A stretch of DNA of 64,000 nucleotides. Origin: Isurus oxyrinchus (taxonomy: Eukaryota). Below the pieces are notes generated by a model. It saw only the letters and a list, made by a program, of their open reading frames with translations, searched no databases and was not told the DNA's origin. This document shows positions 62,262 through 64,000 of the stretch, one piece after another. How positions within the stretch are numbered: position 1 is the stretch's first letter; every line of letters starts with the position of its first letter. Made by a program: the position numbers and the translations under genes. The stretch covers positions 60,946,001-61,010,000 of the forward strand of contig JANJGN010000008.1 of NCBI GenBank assembly GCA_026770705.1, read 5' to 3'.

Positions 62262-62937
62262 GGGCAGAATTTTACACTCAGCGTGTGAGTGACTGCCTGA
62301 CACGCCTGAGCGTAAAATAACACATGATGACATCGGGCATGCGTTCCGACGTAATCATGCACTCACGTGATATTTCGTTTGGCAGGCGTGCGCTGGAGTC
62401 AGCTGCGTGCTGGCTGGTAAAAGGCCTATTAAGGCCATTAACAAGCAACCTAAATTCAAATTTATGCTGCCTGTCCAACCTTATGGTTGGCGGGCAGGTG
62501 AAAAGGCCAAGCGGCCTTTACATTTTTTAGGAAGCCTCACCCACGAGCAGGGTGAGGTGTCCTAAAGCAAATAAACATTAAATAAATACTTTAAAATTAA
62601 AAATATGTCCCATCTCATGTGATAAAGTCAGCTGAGGGGACATGTTTTCAAAAATTTTACTGTCTTTATTAATTTTTTAAAAAGCGCTTCATTCTCTCTG
62701 AGGCAGCTCCGTACCTCAAGGAGATTGAAGCACTCTTCTGCGCCCATGCACGAACTGTGCGCCAGGCCCCCTCTCCCTCCTCCCCCCGCCCACAAAGGTA
62801 GTGCTGAGCACAGCTATTCTCAATCCACACAGTGTGGGCCTTAATTGTGGTGCAGAGCCGATCGCGGGCAGCGGTCAGCTTCCCGATCACCCCGGCTGCT
62901 CCCTCCAAGCCCGCCCAAGGAGGGAAAATTTCTGGCC
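62262..62937 (+). mobile_element. Harbinger-family MITE
   Basis: GGGCAGAATTTT...AAAATTTCTGGCC; TSD TAT; central hairpin about 62530-62562. Confidence 0.85.
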
Positions 62938-63519
62938 TATGTGTGCTACACACATGTGGACTGCAGACTAGACTCATAAGCCAAGTTATCAAGGGATAGG
63001 GAGCCCTTGTCACTTAGTAGCCACCCTCTGTTTCGTCATGGCCACTCAAATGCAGATGATCTAGCAGATTACCACAGAATGATGACATCTTGACTGCTGG
63101 CCAGAATACCAGGCATTCGGTTGCGTGATGTGCCGTGTATGGTTGCACACCCGCTGGAATATATTAAGGGACCAGAACTCTTTTGGGCTGTGGTGCATCT
63201 CAGAGTTGACATACAGCTGCATTTTTCTTCTAAATTTCAAACCTTTTAGTAACTTAAAGCTGCCCAGTGAGAGAAGCTTAGTTTAGCAGGTATTCATGCA
63301 GTAAAGAAAGGTTTTGTAGTGTAAAGGTCTGGCACATGCAGGGTTATTATGGGACTGAGTACAGTACTGCCCACATAGTGACAGAAGAAGGCACATGATC
63401 CATGGGGTTAGCATGGTGCTGAACAGGGACATGTTAAGACCTAGACATGGAGATAGCCCTTTGCTTGTAACTAAATACATACTGTAGGTATGTATATAGT
63501 TACAAGTAGTTGGATGGGA

Positions 63520-63648
63520 GAGGTCTGGAGGGTTATGGACTAGGTGCAGGTCAATGGGAGTAGCGGAATAATATTTCAGCACAGACTAAGCACAGACCAG
63601 AAGGGCCGAATGGCCTGTTTTCTGTGCTGTAGTGTTCTATGGTTCTAG
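63520..63648 (+). mobile_element. Short CR1 3' tail, possibly inside a small solo LTR (about 63315-63700)
   Basis: gaagggccgaatggcctgttttctgtgctgtagtgttctatggttcta. Confidence 0.55.
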
Positions 63649-64000
63649 TTAATAAAGACTTGCTGTTAACATACAGAAGATTACAGAGACTTTTTTAACA
63701 GATGCACTCTGTATCCAACACCATCCCAAGAGATTTAACAGATATTAGTATCAGATTTTAAGTAAACCCATACCAAATAAACTATTTATATTGTATGGGA
63801 ATAACTGCTGTTTCCTTTATTCATTGTAATATCTTTGTTAGCAGGGCTATTTACTTTGTGAGAAAAGTTTCCAATCTGTTTGCAAAGCAAGTCATTTATC
63901 TTCTTTCAAATTATTGATTTAGTATCTGTAAATAATAGCCCTGTGCAGCCTTGCTCAACAGAACTCCAGAGGGAATATGTTTATTCTGTGTATTTGAGGC

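Noticed and set aside
1-64000. CRISPR array, operon or prokaryotic defence system
   Set aside because: The sequence is eukaryotic and TE-rich; there are no regularly spaced repeat-spacer units and no gene-dense ORF layout.

Overview
This is a eukaryotic, repeat-dominated window with no recognisable intact host gene. The repeat families (HER1-type CR1 LINEs, a SacSINE1-like DeuSINE, Penelope-like elements, GGGCAGAATTTT-ended Harbinger elements) point to a cartilaginous fish, probably a shark; this is inferred by eye, not from a database search. Bases 1-25.5 kb form one nested stack. A Harbinger transposase is split by a 23-kb minus-strand LTR element that encodes gag and a protease-like domain but shows no RT or integrase. 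That element contains a full-length two-gene Harbinger, a near full-length CR1 (holding a Harbinger deletion derivative and a fold-back Penelope-type insert), and a complete Gypsy element holding a MITE that holds a young CR1. The rest of the window has further Harbinger relics and MITEs, CR1 fragments, solo LTRs, SINEs and a second nest at about 55-63 kb. The most interesting signal is at the RNA level: two families of minimal type-I hammerhead ribozyme motifs in Penelope-type repeats. One family sits just downstream of CCAAT/TATA boxes and shows stem-I covariation. The other sits in young fold-back insertions with long TSDs, has a non-canonical CUGUCGA core, and in one insertion carries the same three A>G changes in both arms. 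All coordinates were read by eye; boundaries of degenerate elements are approximate.
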